DNA from: Chiloscyllium plagiosum
Taxonomy: Eukaryota
Length of the DNA: 42,369 nt
Reading direction: 5' to 3'
NCBI RefSeq assembly: GCF_004010195.1
Contig: NW_025214964.1
Span: 14,063-56,431 of the forward strand
A program made the position numbers and the translations under genes. The notes beneath the pieces are model-generated. The model saw only the letters and a program-made list of their open reading frames with translations. It did not search any database and had not been told where the DNA came from. Shown in pieces: positions 1 through 11,061 of the stretch (position 1 is its first letter; each line of letters begins with the position of its first letter).

Positions 1-90
1 GAGGTGGATGAGGTGGAGGTGGATGGGTGGAGGGGGATGAGGTGGAGGGTGATTGGGTGGAGGGTGATGGGTGGAGGCTGTTTTGGTGGA
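1..90. repeat. Low-complexity GGTGGA/GGATG-type simple repeat
   Basis: Degenerate tandem gaggtggat/gggtgga units at the window start. Confidence 0.8.
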
Positions 91-959
91 ATAATAACAA
101 CATCAATGGGGCACTGGATAACCATGTGAAGAGAGTAAATGTATAACTGTCCAGTGAAAGAGCAGGGGTGCGGGACTCGGTGAATTGCCTTGCACAGAAC
201 TAACCCAGATGCATTGGCTGAATGGCCTTCTGTTCTAAAGTCAGTGACACCTTCTCCGAATTCCTTATATTACAGGTTGAAATTATACTCTTCATAGAAT
301 TGGAGACGGAGAGTAAGTTAAGCCAAAGTATAGGGCTAACTATACACTTACTCTGAGAACACCTACTGACTATGTGTGTAAGGGACTATTTCGCAATGGG
401 GCCTAACCTCAAGTGGTGTAGGGTCTCAGGCTCATTCTTTATGCACGCTCCCTAATAAAACCTGTTAACATTCCCTTACCCAAGTGCTAACCTGATCTTA
501 CCACAGCCACATTGAGTAGAAGGACTGCAAAACATGAGGTTAGGAGAGCGAGATGTTACTGCCTCCGGTTGGATCGTTTCTGACCAGGCTGTCTTGTGTT
601 GTTATAGCTGTACTCCTTGTCTGCACTGTGATCTGTAATTGTAACCTTGAGCAAGAACAGTACTGTGAGCGAGTCTCATGAGGTCTATAAAGGAAAACGA
701 AAGCAAACCAAATATCAAAGCAAGTCATTAATTCTACACAAATTGTGTTTACACTCAATATAATCTGTCATAAAATCATATTTGTTCTCTATTTCAGAGT
801 CCCACTGTTTGCTATAATATTATTCAAATCAAACACATCAAAAGTTTCTTAGAATTGAAAGGGTTCTCCGGCAAATGAATAACCACGGGCGGCCTTGAAG
901 TGAACTGATTCTGAGTGTAGACACCCCATGAGCTGATCAAAAGAGTGACCAAAATCCCA

Positions 960-1055
960 ACGTCTTTCCCAGAGCACACAATCTGAACTGGCAGTCCAGT
1001 GCAGTACTGGAGGAGTGCTGGACGGTCAGAGATGTGGCTTTTGGATGAGACCTGT
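960..1055 (+). mobile_element. Deu-domain SINE (SacSINE1-like) fragment
   Basis: ccagtgcagtactggaggagtgctgg...ttttggatgagac resembles the conserved DeuSINE central domain as I recall it. Confidence 0.55.
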
Positions 1056-1189
1056 GTGACACAGAGGTTGCGTAGGCGATTGGTAGTGTTGTAAAAGGTG
1101 ATGAGAATAGCCTTTAGACTACGAGAGGATTTAGGGAAACTGGCCAGATGTGCTGATCGGCAGCAATTGCAATTTAATCTGATTAAAAT

Positions 1190-1990
1190 GAGGTAAGGGA
1201 AAAGGATGCAGATTAGGACTCTGCAGAACTCCAAGGATCAGAGGGACCTTGGTGTACGTGCCCACCAGTCCCTTAAAGTAATAGGACAGCTGGATGAAGT
1301 GGCTAAGAAGGCATGTGGCAAAAGTGAAGTCTGCAGATGCTCGAGATTAGAGCCAAGGATGTGGTGCTGCAAAAGCACAGCAGGTCAGGCAGCATCACAT
1401 GGGATACTTGTCTTTATTAGCTGAGCTGCAGAGTTTAGGACCAAGGAGGTTATGTCAGAACTGTATAAAATGTTAATTAGGCCACAGATAGAGTATTACA
1501 CCCTCCACATGTGGGGAGGGTGCAGAGGAGATATACCAGGATGCTGCCTGGGCTGGAGAGTTTTTAGTTCTGAAGAGAGATTGGACAGACTGGAGTTGTT
1601 TTCCTTGGAGCAGAGGAGATTGAGAGGGAACATAATTGAGATGTATAAAATTATGAGGGGCATAGACAGAGTAGACAGGAAAGAACTTTACCCCTTGGTG
1701 GTTTGATTGAAGGTAAAGGACAGACAATTTAGAAGAAATGCAAAGAAAATATTTATCAACCAGAGGGTGATGGAAATCTGGACCTTGCTTCCTATAAAGG
1801 TGGCAATGGCAGAAACCCTCATCACTTCTAGAAGCATTTCAATGTGCACTTGGGATGCCAAGACAGACTAGGCTATGGGCCAAGCGCTGGAAAATGGGTT
1901 GAGAATAGTTATATGGTTGTTTATGACCAACACAGACATAATTGGCTAAAGGGTCCTTTTCTCTGCTGTAGATCTTTATGACTCCATGAG
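1190..1990 (+). mobile_element. CR1 LINE 3' fragment (decayed), interrupted by a Penelope-derived insert at about 1320-1396
   Basis: Translations QRDLGV..H.SLKV..Q and ELYKMLIRPQIEY...EERLDRLELFSLEQRRLRGNIIEMYKIMRGIDRVD match the CR1 ORF2 C-terminus; CR1-like 3' UTR and ctttatgactccatg tail. Confidence 0.9.
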
Positions 1991-2149
1991 AACCAGGAGC
2001 ATCGATTGTGGAGGAGCAGGAGAGGGCTCCACGGCACTCTGGTGTAGGAATTGTTTATAACTTCCAAGCCATTCACAAAGGGTTTAAAATGTGACTGTCG
2101 CCCTCCATTGACCAAAGTAAGGAACACAGCAGGATGCAAATCTTCCTTA

Positions 2150-3385
2150 GGCAGTTGGTTAGTTCACCGAGCCTCTGGATAATTGCACAGATGTTTCATT
2201 ACCATGTTGGGTAACATCATCAGTGCTACCTCTGTGAAGCGCTGTTGTTCTGTCCCGCTTGGTTTTTATGTGGGTCTGGTATGTTGAGGTGAATGTCACT
2301 TCGGGGGGTCTTCTGTGCAGCAGTTTGTACACTGGGTCTACCCTGATGGGTTTGTTTATGGGGAAAAGCAGGCTTCCAAGAACTCTCTTGCATTGTCTCT
2401 GCTGGGCTGTTCTAGGATGGTTACATTGCCATAGTCAAATTGATGGACCTCTTACTCTGTGTGTACAGTAATGAGGGAGAGTGGATCCTGTCATTTAGTT
2501 GCTCGTTGGTGTTTGTGAAGTCGGATGGCTAGTTTTCTTCCCGTTTGTCTGATGTAGTGCTTGTTGCAAGGTATTTTGTACACCACGTTGATCCTACATG
2601 TTGTGGGTATGGGGTCCTTTGTCCTGGTAAGTAGTTGGCGTAGTGTGGCTGTTGGTTGGTGTGCTACCATAATATCTAGCGGTCCTAACAGTCTGGTTGT
2701 CAATTCTGATATGTTTTTCACATTGGGTAAGGTGGCTGGTGTGTTGGTGGGTACGGTGTCTTCTTGGCGTTGTCTGTTGGATTGGCATTAGCAGATGGCA
2801 ATCCGTTGTTAGCAAAAGCTTTATGTAAGAGTTCTTTCTCTTCCTTGCGCAGTTCTGGTGTGTTGCAGAGTGTCACGGCTCTTTTGAATAGTTGTCCTGA
2901 CACAGCTCCTGTGTGTACGTTGCGATGGTTGCTACTGTAATTGAGGATGTGGTCTGTGTGGGTGGGTTTCCTGTATACTTTGGTTGTCGGACCCCTGTTG
3001 GTCATCTGTTCTACCCTGATGTCAAGGAATGGGAGCTGGTTGTTGTTCTCTTCCTCCCTGGTAAACCTAATAATGGTGAATACATTGTTGGTGAGATGAT
3101 ATGTTTCCTCTAGCCTTCTATGTTTGACGATGACAAATGTATCAACAACATCTCATAACCATAGTTTTAGTTGGATCAGGGGAAGGGCTGTGTTTTCCAG
3201 TCTCTGCCTGTTTGCTTCTGCTGTTAGTCCTTCAGTGTGCTGTTGGTTTTTTGGTATATCTGGCTGTTGAAGATAAAGTGGTTGGCAAGGCATAAGTCTA
3301 GTAGCTTAAGCATATTGTCTGTGCTGACGGTGTTGCTTGGATCCTCTAGTACTGTGGCAATTGTTTCCTTGGCTAGTGGTATGTC
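2150..3385 (-). mobile_element. Penelope-like element (RT C-terminus plus GIY-YIG endonuclease), frameshifted
   Basis: Minus-strand peptides LLDLCL..HFIFNSQIYQ, TKVYRKPTHTDHILNYSSNH and NVVYKIPCNKHYIRQTGRKLAIRLHKH are PLE RT/thumb and GIY-YIG motifs. Confidence 0.9.
2187..2226 (-). ncRNA. Minimal type-I hammerhead ribozyme motif at the PLE 3' end (decayed)
   Basis: Minus strand reads GCA CTGATGA T GTTACC CAACAT GGTAAT GAAA CATC TGT: core boxes, 6-bp stem II, 3-bp stem I. CATC is probably CpG decay of CGTC. Confidence 0.7.
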
Positions 3386-4097
3386 AATGGACATAGGTCC
3401 ATGTCCATAGATCACTCAAAGTTGCCACCCAAGATGATAGTGTTGTTAAAAAGGTGTATGGCGTGTTGGCTTTCATTATTAGGGGGATTGAGATTAAGAG
3501 CCACAAGGTTATGCTGTAGCTCTAGAGAGCCCTGGTTAGACCACACTTGGAATATTGTATTCAGTTCTGGTCACCTCATTATAGGAAGGATGTAGAAGCT
3601 CCAGAATGTGTGCAAAGGAGATTTACCAGGATGCTGCCTGGATGGAGGGCAGGTCTTATGAAGAAAGTTTGAGGGAGCTAGGGCTTTTCCCATTGGAGAG
3701 AAGAAAGATGAGAGATGACTTGATAGAGGATGTAGAAGATGATGAGAGGCATAGATAAAGCGGATAGCCAGAGACCTTTTCCCAGGGCGGAAATGGCTAT
3801 TGCGAGGGGGGCAGGGGAGCATAATTTTAAATTGTTTGGAGGAAGGTTTAGGGGAGATGTCAGAGGTCGGTTCTTTCCACAGAGTGTGGTGGGCACGTAG
3901 AATGCACTGCCAGCAGTGGCAGTAGAGTCAGATACATTAGGGACATTTAACTTACTCTTGGATAGGCACATGGATGATAGTAAAATGAAGGGTATATAGG
4001 TTAGTCTGATCTTAGAGTAGGATAAAAGGTCAGCACAACATCAAGGGCCGAAGGGCCTGTACTGTGATGTACTGTTCTATGTTGTTCTATGTTCTAT
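3385..4097 (+). mobile_element. CR1 LINE 3' fragment with (TTCTATG)n tail
   Basis: CR1 ORF2 end ([23 protein letters not shown]...RRFTRMLPG), 3' UTR gggccgaagggcctgtactgtg and tail gttctatgttgttctatgttctatg. Confidence 0.92.
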
Positions 4098-4099
4098 GA

Positions 4100-4485
4100 A
4101 TATGATACGTGGATGACACATTTGTCATCGTCAAATGTAGAAGATCAGAGGAAACACACCATCTCACCAACAATGTATTCACCATTATTAGCTTTACCAG
4201 GGAGGAAGAGAACAACCAACCAGCTCCCATTCCTTGACATCAGGGTAGAACAGATGACCAACAGGGGTCCGACAACCAAAGTATACAGGAAACCCACCCA
4301 CACAGACCACATCCTCAACTACAGTAGCAACCATCGCAACGTACACACAGGAGCTGTGTCAGGACAACTATTCAAAAGAGCCGTGACACTCTGCAACACA
4401 CCAGAACTGCGCAAGGAAGAGAAAGAACTCTTTCACAAAGTCTTTGCTAACAACGGATACCCCATCAGCTTTGTCTGCTGAGGCC
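4100..4485 (+). mobile_element. Penelope-like RT fragment, inverted relative to about 2790-3150
   Basis: Peptide QLPFLDIRVEQ..TKVYRKPTHTDHILNYSSNH; near-identical reverse complement of the upstream PLE segment. Confidence 0.88.
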
Positions 4486-5049
4486 TATCTGTGGCGACAA
4501 ATCAGAGTTAGCATTTCAGGTTCAGTGAATCTTCCTCAGAACTGATTTATACGTGTGCTTGAAGCCAAATTAACAATTACTTGAAATGTATTTTATCCAT
4601 TGGTCTCAGACCCACCCATCCCAGCTGATTGCAGTGAAAAGCTAGTCAATAGTTTCTATGTTCTTCATAACTTCAAATATCTTTGTGGTTCTCACATACA
4701 TGTCTCAATGGTTAGCTCCTATAAGTCATGCCTTTCCTCTTATTGGTCAAGGATCGTTCAACATTGAGTGGAGGTTACCTCAGCATGTATGTATCTTCCT
4801 GCTGCTATGTGCATTTTCATTTCTGGGATTGTACCCGACATATTCTGCTGATCCCTTAGCAACACAAATCTGTCCTTGGTTACCAGCTGCCTTTATCTGA
4901 TGGCTAAATGTTTGCTGAAGTCTTTTCTCAGCTCTCCAGCTTATAGTTTAAAATACTTCTGCCATCGATAAAACTTTAATTTATAGTAAAATTCTTCTTG
5001 CCGCTATGAACATCCGCAAAATTTCTTTTATAAATCTTATATTTATTCC

Positions 5050-5155
5050 AGAGGAAACCCACGCAGACACAGGAACAATGTGCTAACTCCACACAGACAG
5101 TCGCCCAAGGCTGGCGCTGTGAGGCAGCAGTGTTAACCACTGAGCCACCATGCCA
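5050..5155 (-). mobile_element. HE1-type tRNA-derived SINE fragment
   Basis: Reverse complement of ggcatggtggctcagtggttaacactgctgcctcacagcgcc...gtctgtgtggagttagcaca. Confidence 0.85.
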
Positions 5156-5309
5156 TCTCTTGCAGGGGTACTGGAGACTCAGTCTTCAAATAGATCTGAA
5201 GACTCTGCAAGGCTAATGCAGCAGAAATGTAACTCCTGGTGCCAAGAGCACAGTAACAATGGCATTGCCTGACCACCACACCCTCTTCAAAAACATCAGT
5301 AAAAAATCT

Positions 5310-5498
5310 ATAACAAAGACAGAAGCTGGTGGAAAAGCTCAGCAGGTCTGGCAGCATCTGCTCTGAGGTAGGGTCACTGGACTCACATGTTAATTCTGAT
5401 TTCTCTCCACAGATGCTGTCAGACCTGCTGAGCCTTTCCAGCAATTTCTGTCTTTGTTTCTGATTTCCAGCATCCATAGTTCCTTTGGTTTTTATTTT
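5310..5498. mobile_element. Short palindromic Penelope-derived element (family 2) with a degenerate hammerhead-like centre
   Basis: Inverted arms gctcagcaggtctggcagcatctg / cagatgctgtcagacctgctgagc; centre ctgaggtagggtcactggactc; imperfect flanking duplication (c/t)agtaaaa(t)aaatctat. Confidence 0.65.
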
Positions 5499-6626
5499 AG
5501 TAAAATAAATCTATCACTGACCACTATGCTATGCATAGGACCTTGCTCTGCAGGGGTTGCCTGCCTCATGTCTTACAATAGTGACTACATGTCAAAACTA
5601 TTTCAGTTGCCTTGGGCTTTTGCCAAGTCCTGAGGTCATATAGTTTGTGACTCTTTACTCTCTCTCATAAAGGAATACTCGGAGGGATGTGTGGGAATTA
5701 GGACTGTGTTCACCTCATATTGTGCAATTTCTGCCTTCTGCAGTCTTCCCTTCCTCCCTGAATGGCAGAGACATTTTCAAACCATACGGTAGTCAATTTA
5801 AAAATTTCACACCCTTGGATTTGGTCACACCACCAGGAAAATGGGTTAAGGGCGCCACCTTCTGTAATCCAGCAGTAGTTCAGCCCACCAAATAAAGCTG
5901 GAAAATCTTAACAACTGGGAGGAGAAAGTGAGGACTGTGGATGCTGGAGATCAGAGCTGAAAATGTGTTGCTGGAAAAGCGCAGCAGGTCAGGCAGCATC
6001 CAAGGAACAGGAGAATCGACGTTTCGGGCATGAGCCCTCCTTCAGGTATGAGAGAGGGAGGAAGAGAGCTTCTTCAAGGAAGGCATCCTCGCAAGAGGAT
6101 TCACAGTAGGTTAAAATCTTTGAGGAGAAAGTGAGGACTGTGGATGCTGGAGATCAGAGCTGAAAATGTGTTGTTGGAAAAGCGCAGCAGGTCAGGCAGC
6201 ATCCAGGGAACAGGAGAATCGACGTTTCGGGCATGAGCCCTCCTTCAGGTATGAGAGAGGGAGGAAGAGAGCTTCTTCAAGGAAGGCATCCTCGCAAGAG
6301 GATTCACAGTAGGTTAAAATCTTTGAGGAGAAAGTGAGGACTGTGGATGCTGGAGATCAGAGCTGAAAATGTGTTGCTGGAAAAGCGCAGCAGGTCAGGC
6401 AGCATCCAAGGAACAGGAGAATCGACGTTTCGGGCATGAGCCCTCCTTCAGGTATGAGAGAGGGAGGAAGAGAGCTTCTTCAAGGAAGGCATCCTCGCAA
6501 GAGGATTCACAGTAGGTTAAAATCTTTGAGGAGAAAGTGAGGACTGTGGATGCTGGAGATCAGAGCTGAAAATGTGTTGTTGGAAAAGCGCAGCAGGTCA
6601 GGCAGCATCCAGGGAACAGGAGAATC

Positions 6627-6654
6627 GACGTTTCGGGCATGAGCCCTTCTTCAG
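6627..6654 (-). ncRNA. Hammerhead ribozyme core (minus strand, unit 4)
   Basis: CTGAAGA A GGGC TCAT GCCC GAAA CGTC; stem I is weak. Confidence 0.65.
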
Positions 6655-6692
6655 GAATCCTGAAGATGGACTCATGCCCGAAACGTCGATTC
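6655..6692 (+). ncRNA. Hammerhead ribozyme motif (plus strand, inverted arm)
   Basis: GAATC CTGAAGA T GGAC TCAT GCCC GAAA CGTC GATTC: 5-bp stem I (GAATC/GATTC), one mismatch in stem II. Confidence 0.6.
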
Positions 6693-7019
6693 TCCTGCTC
6701 CTTGGATGCTGCCTGACCTGCTGCGCTTTTCCAGCAACACATTTTCAAATCTTAACAACTGTCAATTTATTTTAATTCGGAAACAATTGAACTTAATAGC
6801 GGTGCTAATTGAAAAGCCAAGGCAGTGAATAAGTTAGCAGCTCTTCTTTTAAAATATCTGAGGTTCTTTCTATTTGAAACTGCCAGTGACTAATACAGGT
6901 TTATTCCGGAATATCTGAATGTGCATTGTATATCCAGAATTACATTATAGGGACAGGCCAAGGATAAAACAGTCACATTTTGATAAGTACAGGCATTGTG
7001 AGTGCTTTGGTCTGCTGTT

Positions 7020-7450
7020 TCAGTGATAGCTGTGGTAGTACTGTTGCCTTTCAGCCGAAAGTTGTAGGTTCAATCTCTACTACAGAGACATTTATAAAAA
7101 TCCATTAGGCACTTGCAGTGCACTAGCGAGAGTCTGGTGCTATTGACAGTGCTGGCTTTTGGATGGGATTAAAACAAAATCCTGTCTCCCCTTGCGGGTG
7201 AATGTAAAAGATACTCTGCCGCTAATTCAGGAAAGAGCCGATGAGCTCATTCCTCCAATGCTCTGGTCAATATTTAACTCACAACCAACCAAAACTAGAT
7301 GATCTCATGGCTGTGTATGGGAGTTGAGGCGTGCAAACTGGCTGTTAATTTCTGTACATGACAGCAATGATTGCACTTCAATGACTATAAAACTTTATCA
7401 GGAATACCCTGAGGTTGTAAAAAGGTGCTACAGAAATGAAAGTCTCTCTT
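7020..7450 (+). mobile_element. SacSINE1/DeuSINE-like element, old and near full length (duplicated at 21157-21587; 5' part also inverted within 20138-20431)
   Basis: tRNA-like head (gtggtagtact...ggttcaatc), Deu-like domain (ggtgaatgtaaaagat...ggtcaatatttaactcacaaccaac) and 3' tail ctgaggttgtaaaaaggtgctacagaaatgaaagtct. Confidence 0.65.
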
Positions 7451-7694
7451 AGAAATTAAGCCAATTTACGGGAATCTTGTAAGCGCTGGGATTTGGGTAT
7501 ATCATTCAAGCATTAAGATAAATCAGCACTTGACAAACCCCGAATCAAGACTCAAGACTCAGAAACCCTTCATTAAAATTTACCAGTTGAAAATTTGGTG
7601 AAACAGGGAAGTCCACTTTGATTTGCCCTTACTCCGTGGTTTCTCAGACAAGTGGGTTTGTACCTCTCATATAAAAAAATTGAATCAGACGTTA

Positions 7695-7875
7695 CCAATG
7701 CACCTAACACTATGGGCAATTTAGCATGGCCAATTCACCTGGCCTGTAGGAGGAAATCCATGCAGACATGGAGAGAACATACAAACTCCACACAGACAGT
7801 CACCCAAGGCAAGGATTGAACATGGGACCCCAGTGCTGTGAGGCAGCAATGCTAACCACTGAGCCACCTTGCCCC
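7695..7875 (-). mobile_element. HE1-type SINE (duplicated at 21832-22012)
   Basis: Reverse complement of ggtggctcagtggttagcattgctgcctcacagcac and gtgaattggccatgctaaattgcccatagtg. Confidence 0.88.
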
Positions 7876-8577
7876 CACCAAATCAAAGCATTATTTTAGA
7901 TTAGGTGGAGGAGGAGCAAGTTATAGTGGATTAAGTTTAAGTTTAGGCCTTGGTTTAAAGGCTGGTGTTTATCATTGGGTTTATCAGATGAAAGGGGGCC
8001 TTGGTTGAGCTAGCTCAGGTACTCCCACCCTGATACCACGATAATTGAGCAGTAGACTTGTCATTGTCTCTCGATTAGTCCACTGCAGGTTTTGACATGA
8101 GGAAATACCTATTGGTCCAAATTCACGTCTTTCTCTCAAGCAGTGTGTCCCATCTTACTCAGATACTGTGCCCAAATTGTTGTTTAGATGATAAAATATA
8201 CCCAGTGTACATACCAATGAAACAATGTTCCTCCTTCGGGAGTATGCTCCCACTTGCTTCCTGAAGTATGGTTTCCACAGGTAAATTTTGAACTTAGCTC
8301 TTTCTAAATTCGGGCAATGTTTTTTGGTTCTAAAGTTGTGGGCAAGGACATCATTAATTACCACAACTTGCTCATTCCAAAACCATGGATCTCCGCACCA
8401 CCTTCAACGTTCCCATCTTCCAGCTCTCTACAATTACTTAAATTCCAAAAGTGTTCACCACTCCAGTCACCAGCTTTTGACTAAATCTCTTTTATTGTCT
8501 AACTTAGTTTCAATTTGAGCATAACACCATCATACTAAAAGAAACCCAACTAATAGAAAACATTTAGCACAAAGATG

Positions 8578-9972
8578 TCAGAGAGTCATAGAGATGTACA
8601 GCATAGAAACAGACCCTTGGGTCCAACCTGTCCATGCCGACCAGATATCCCAACCCAATCTAGTCCCACCTGCCAGCACCCGGCCCATATCTCTCCAAAC
8701 CCTTCCTATTCATATCCCCATCCAAATGCCTCTGAAATGTTGCAATTGTACCAGCCTCCTTCACTTCCTCTGGCAGCTCATTCCGTACACGTACCACCCT
8801 CTGCGTGAAAAAGTTGCCCCTTAGGTCTCTTTTATATCTTTCCCCTCTCACTCTAAACCTATGCCCTCTAGTTCTGGACTCCCCAACCTCAGGGAAAAGA
8901 CTTTGCCTATTTATCCTATCCATGCCCCTCATAATTTTGTAAACCTCTATAAGGTCACCCCTCAGCATCCGACGCTCCAGGCTGGGAAAACAGCCCCAGC
9001 CTGTTCAGCCTCTCCCTATAGCTCAAATACTCCAACCCTGGCAACATCCTNNNNNNNNNNNNNNNNNNNNNNNNNNNNNNNNNNNNNNNNNNNNNNNNNN
9101 NNNNNNNNNNNNNNNNNNNNNNNNNNNNNNNNNNNNNNNNNNNNNNNNNNNNNNNNNNNNNNNNNNNNNNNNNNNNNNNNNNNNNNNNNNNNNNNNNNNN
9201 NNNNNNNNNNNNNNNNNNNNNNNNNNNNNNNNNNNNNNNNNNNNNNNNNNNNNNNNNNNNNNNNNNNNNNNNNNNNNNNNNNNNNNNNNNNNNNNNNNNN
9301 NNNNNNNNNNNNNNNNNNNNNNNNNNNNNNNNNNNNNNNNNNNNNNNNNNNNNNNNNNNNNNNNNNNNNNNNNNNNNNNNNNNNNNNNNNNNNNNNNNNN
9401 NNNNNNNNNNNNNNNNNNNNNNNNNNNNNNNNNNNNNNNNNNNNNNNNNNNNNNNNNNNNNNNNNNNNNNNNNNNNNNNNNNNNNNNNNNNNNNNNNNNT
9501 CTTTGTTACTTCTTCAAAAAACTCAATCAAGTTAGTGAGACATGATTTCCCACGCACAAAGCCATGTTGACTATCCCTAATCAGTCCTTACCTTTCCAAA
9601 TACATGTACATCCTGTCCTTCAGGATTCCCTCCAACAACTTTCCCATCACTGAGGTCAGGCTCACTGGTCTATAGTTCCCTGGCTTGTCTTTACCGCCCT
9701 TCTTAAGCAGTGACACCACGTTAGCCAACCTCCAGTCTTCCGGCACCTCACCTGTGACTATGGATGATACAAATATCTCAGCAAGAGGCCCAGCAGTCAC
9801 TTCTCTAGCTTCCCACAGAGTTCTCAGGTATACCTGATCAGGTCCTGGGGATTTATCCACCTTTAACCGTTTCAAGACATCCAGCACTTCCTCCTCTGTA
9901 ATCTGGGCATTTTGCAAGATGTCACCATCTATTTCCCTACAGTCAATATCTTCCATATCCTTTTCCACAGTA
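8578..9972 (-). mobile_element. Young CR1 LINE, 5'-truncated, spanning the assembly gap
   Basis: Minus-strand peptides LKVDKSPGPDQVY, GNYRPVSLTSVMGKLLEGIL, RGKSCLTNLIEFFEEVTK and LRGDLIEVYKIMRGMDR...RGNFFTQRVV; ctctatgactct tail. Confidence 0.95.
9051..9499. other. Assembly gap (449 N)
   Basis: Run of n characters. Confidence 1.
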
Positions 9973-10194
9973 ATGTGCATGACATGCAAAGCACTGAAAT
10001 TTGAGACAATCTGAGAAACAATTTTTCAAAGTGTTTTCAATCAAGATGCTCTGAACTGATTGAGATGTGGGTTTTACGCTAGTTTAGCCCACATTGAATG
10101 CAAGATACCATTTCAGTCAAGATAAGAAGCCAGTGTTAGGAGCATCACCGTGGAGGACTGTAAATACTCGCTTTCACAATTGTGTACACAGTCA

Positions 10195-10285
10195 ACGCTG
10201 GAGAAACTCGGCAGGTCTGGCAGCATCTGTGGAGAGAGAAACAGAATTAATGTTTTAAGTCTGGTAAGATCCTTCAGAACTGATT
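10195..10285. mobile_element. Old Penelope-derived terminal fragment
   Basis: gctggagaaactcggcaggtctggcagcatctgtggagagagaaacagaattaatgtttt matches the family seen at 5310 and 27105. Confidence 0.6.
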
Positions 10286-10654
10286 GATAATTATCTTGTA
10301 CTCATTAACATGAAGTAATTGGAACTCATTAACAAGGATTTTTAGTGGTTTAACACATTAAATATCACTGTCTCCTAAACGTGCCCAATGTTTAGGATTA
10401 AATATGACATTGCTGTTATGAAGACTGGGATTAGAGGACAGCACGGTCTCTCTGGAACCCTCCCCTGCATAAGTCACAATATAAATTTAAATGCTTTATC
10501 CAGTTACAGATATAGCCAATTACATACTTCTTATATATACTAAGTTGAGAATTTTTAAAAATCAATTTTGTTTAATAAACCAAAAAATTATTGATTTATT
10601 GTGAAAACATTTATTTGGTAAAGCCGATTAACACATAGTAGGAAAAGGAAAATT

Positions 10655-10920
10655 GTTTTTATTCATTCAGGGAATGAGAGTATCACTGGCTCGGCCAATA
10701 TTTATTGCCCATCCCCTAATTGCCCAGAGAGCAGTTAAGAGTCACCCACGTTGCTGTGGGTCTGGAGTCACATGTAGGCCAGACCAGGTAAGGAAGGCAG
10801 ATTTCCTTCCCGAAAGGACATTAGTGAACCAGATGGGTTTTTCTGACAATCAGCAATAGATTCATAGTCACCATTAGACTCTAAATTTCAGATGTTTGTT
10901 AAATTCAAATTCCACTATAA
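10655..10920 (-). mobile_element. Shark SINE family sharing its 3' tail with the second LINE family
   Basis: Reverse complement of ggcctacatgtgactccagacccacagcaac...ggatgggcaataaat; same family at 32290-32645 (+), 35195-35310 (+) and 36810-36970 (-). Confidence 0.7.
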
Positions 10921-11061
10921 GTCTTGTCCCACCAAAATATTCAAATTAACAGTTGAATATTTACCTTCTAAATAACTGACCAAACAAACACACACCCCAA
11001 CCCCCACACAACCCCTCATATATGCACTTTCCCCCTCCCCACATACACATACACATCAATT

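Larger units (their letters stand above)
5918..6746 (-). mobile_element. Retrozyme-like / Penelope pLTR tandem array: 3 full 203-bp units, a partial 4th unit and an inverted arm, with a 15-bp TSD
   Basis: Units start at 5919, 6122, 6325 and 6528 (period 203). Palindrome centre at 6657. TSD aaatcttaacaactg at 5903-5917 and 6747-6761. Each unit carries a hammerhead-like core on the minus strand. Confidence 0.85.

Noticed and set aside
230..590. Possible solo LTR (aataaa...tgttaaca)
   Set aside because: No second LTR, TSD or convincing primer-binding site could be identified.
5919..6657. CRISPR-like array
   Set aside because: Units are near-identical along their whole length with no unique spacers, there are no cas genes, and the context is a vertebrate genome.
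6560..6775. Recurrent small ORFs MCCWKSAAGQAAS... on both strands (also 20703, 33334, 34320)
   Set aside because: These are translations of the palindromic Penelope-derived repeat, not a gene family; copies show no sign of codon-level constraint.
8861..9557. Long ORFs crossing the N run
   Set aside because: Artefacts of the assembly gap.
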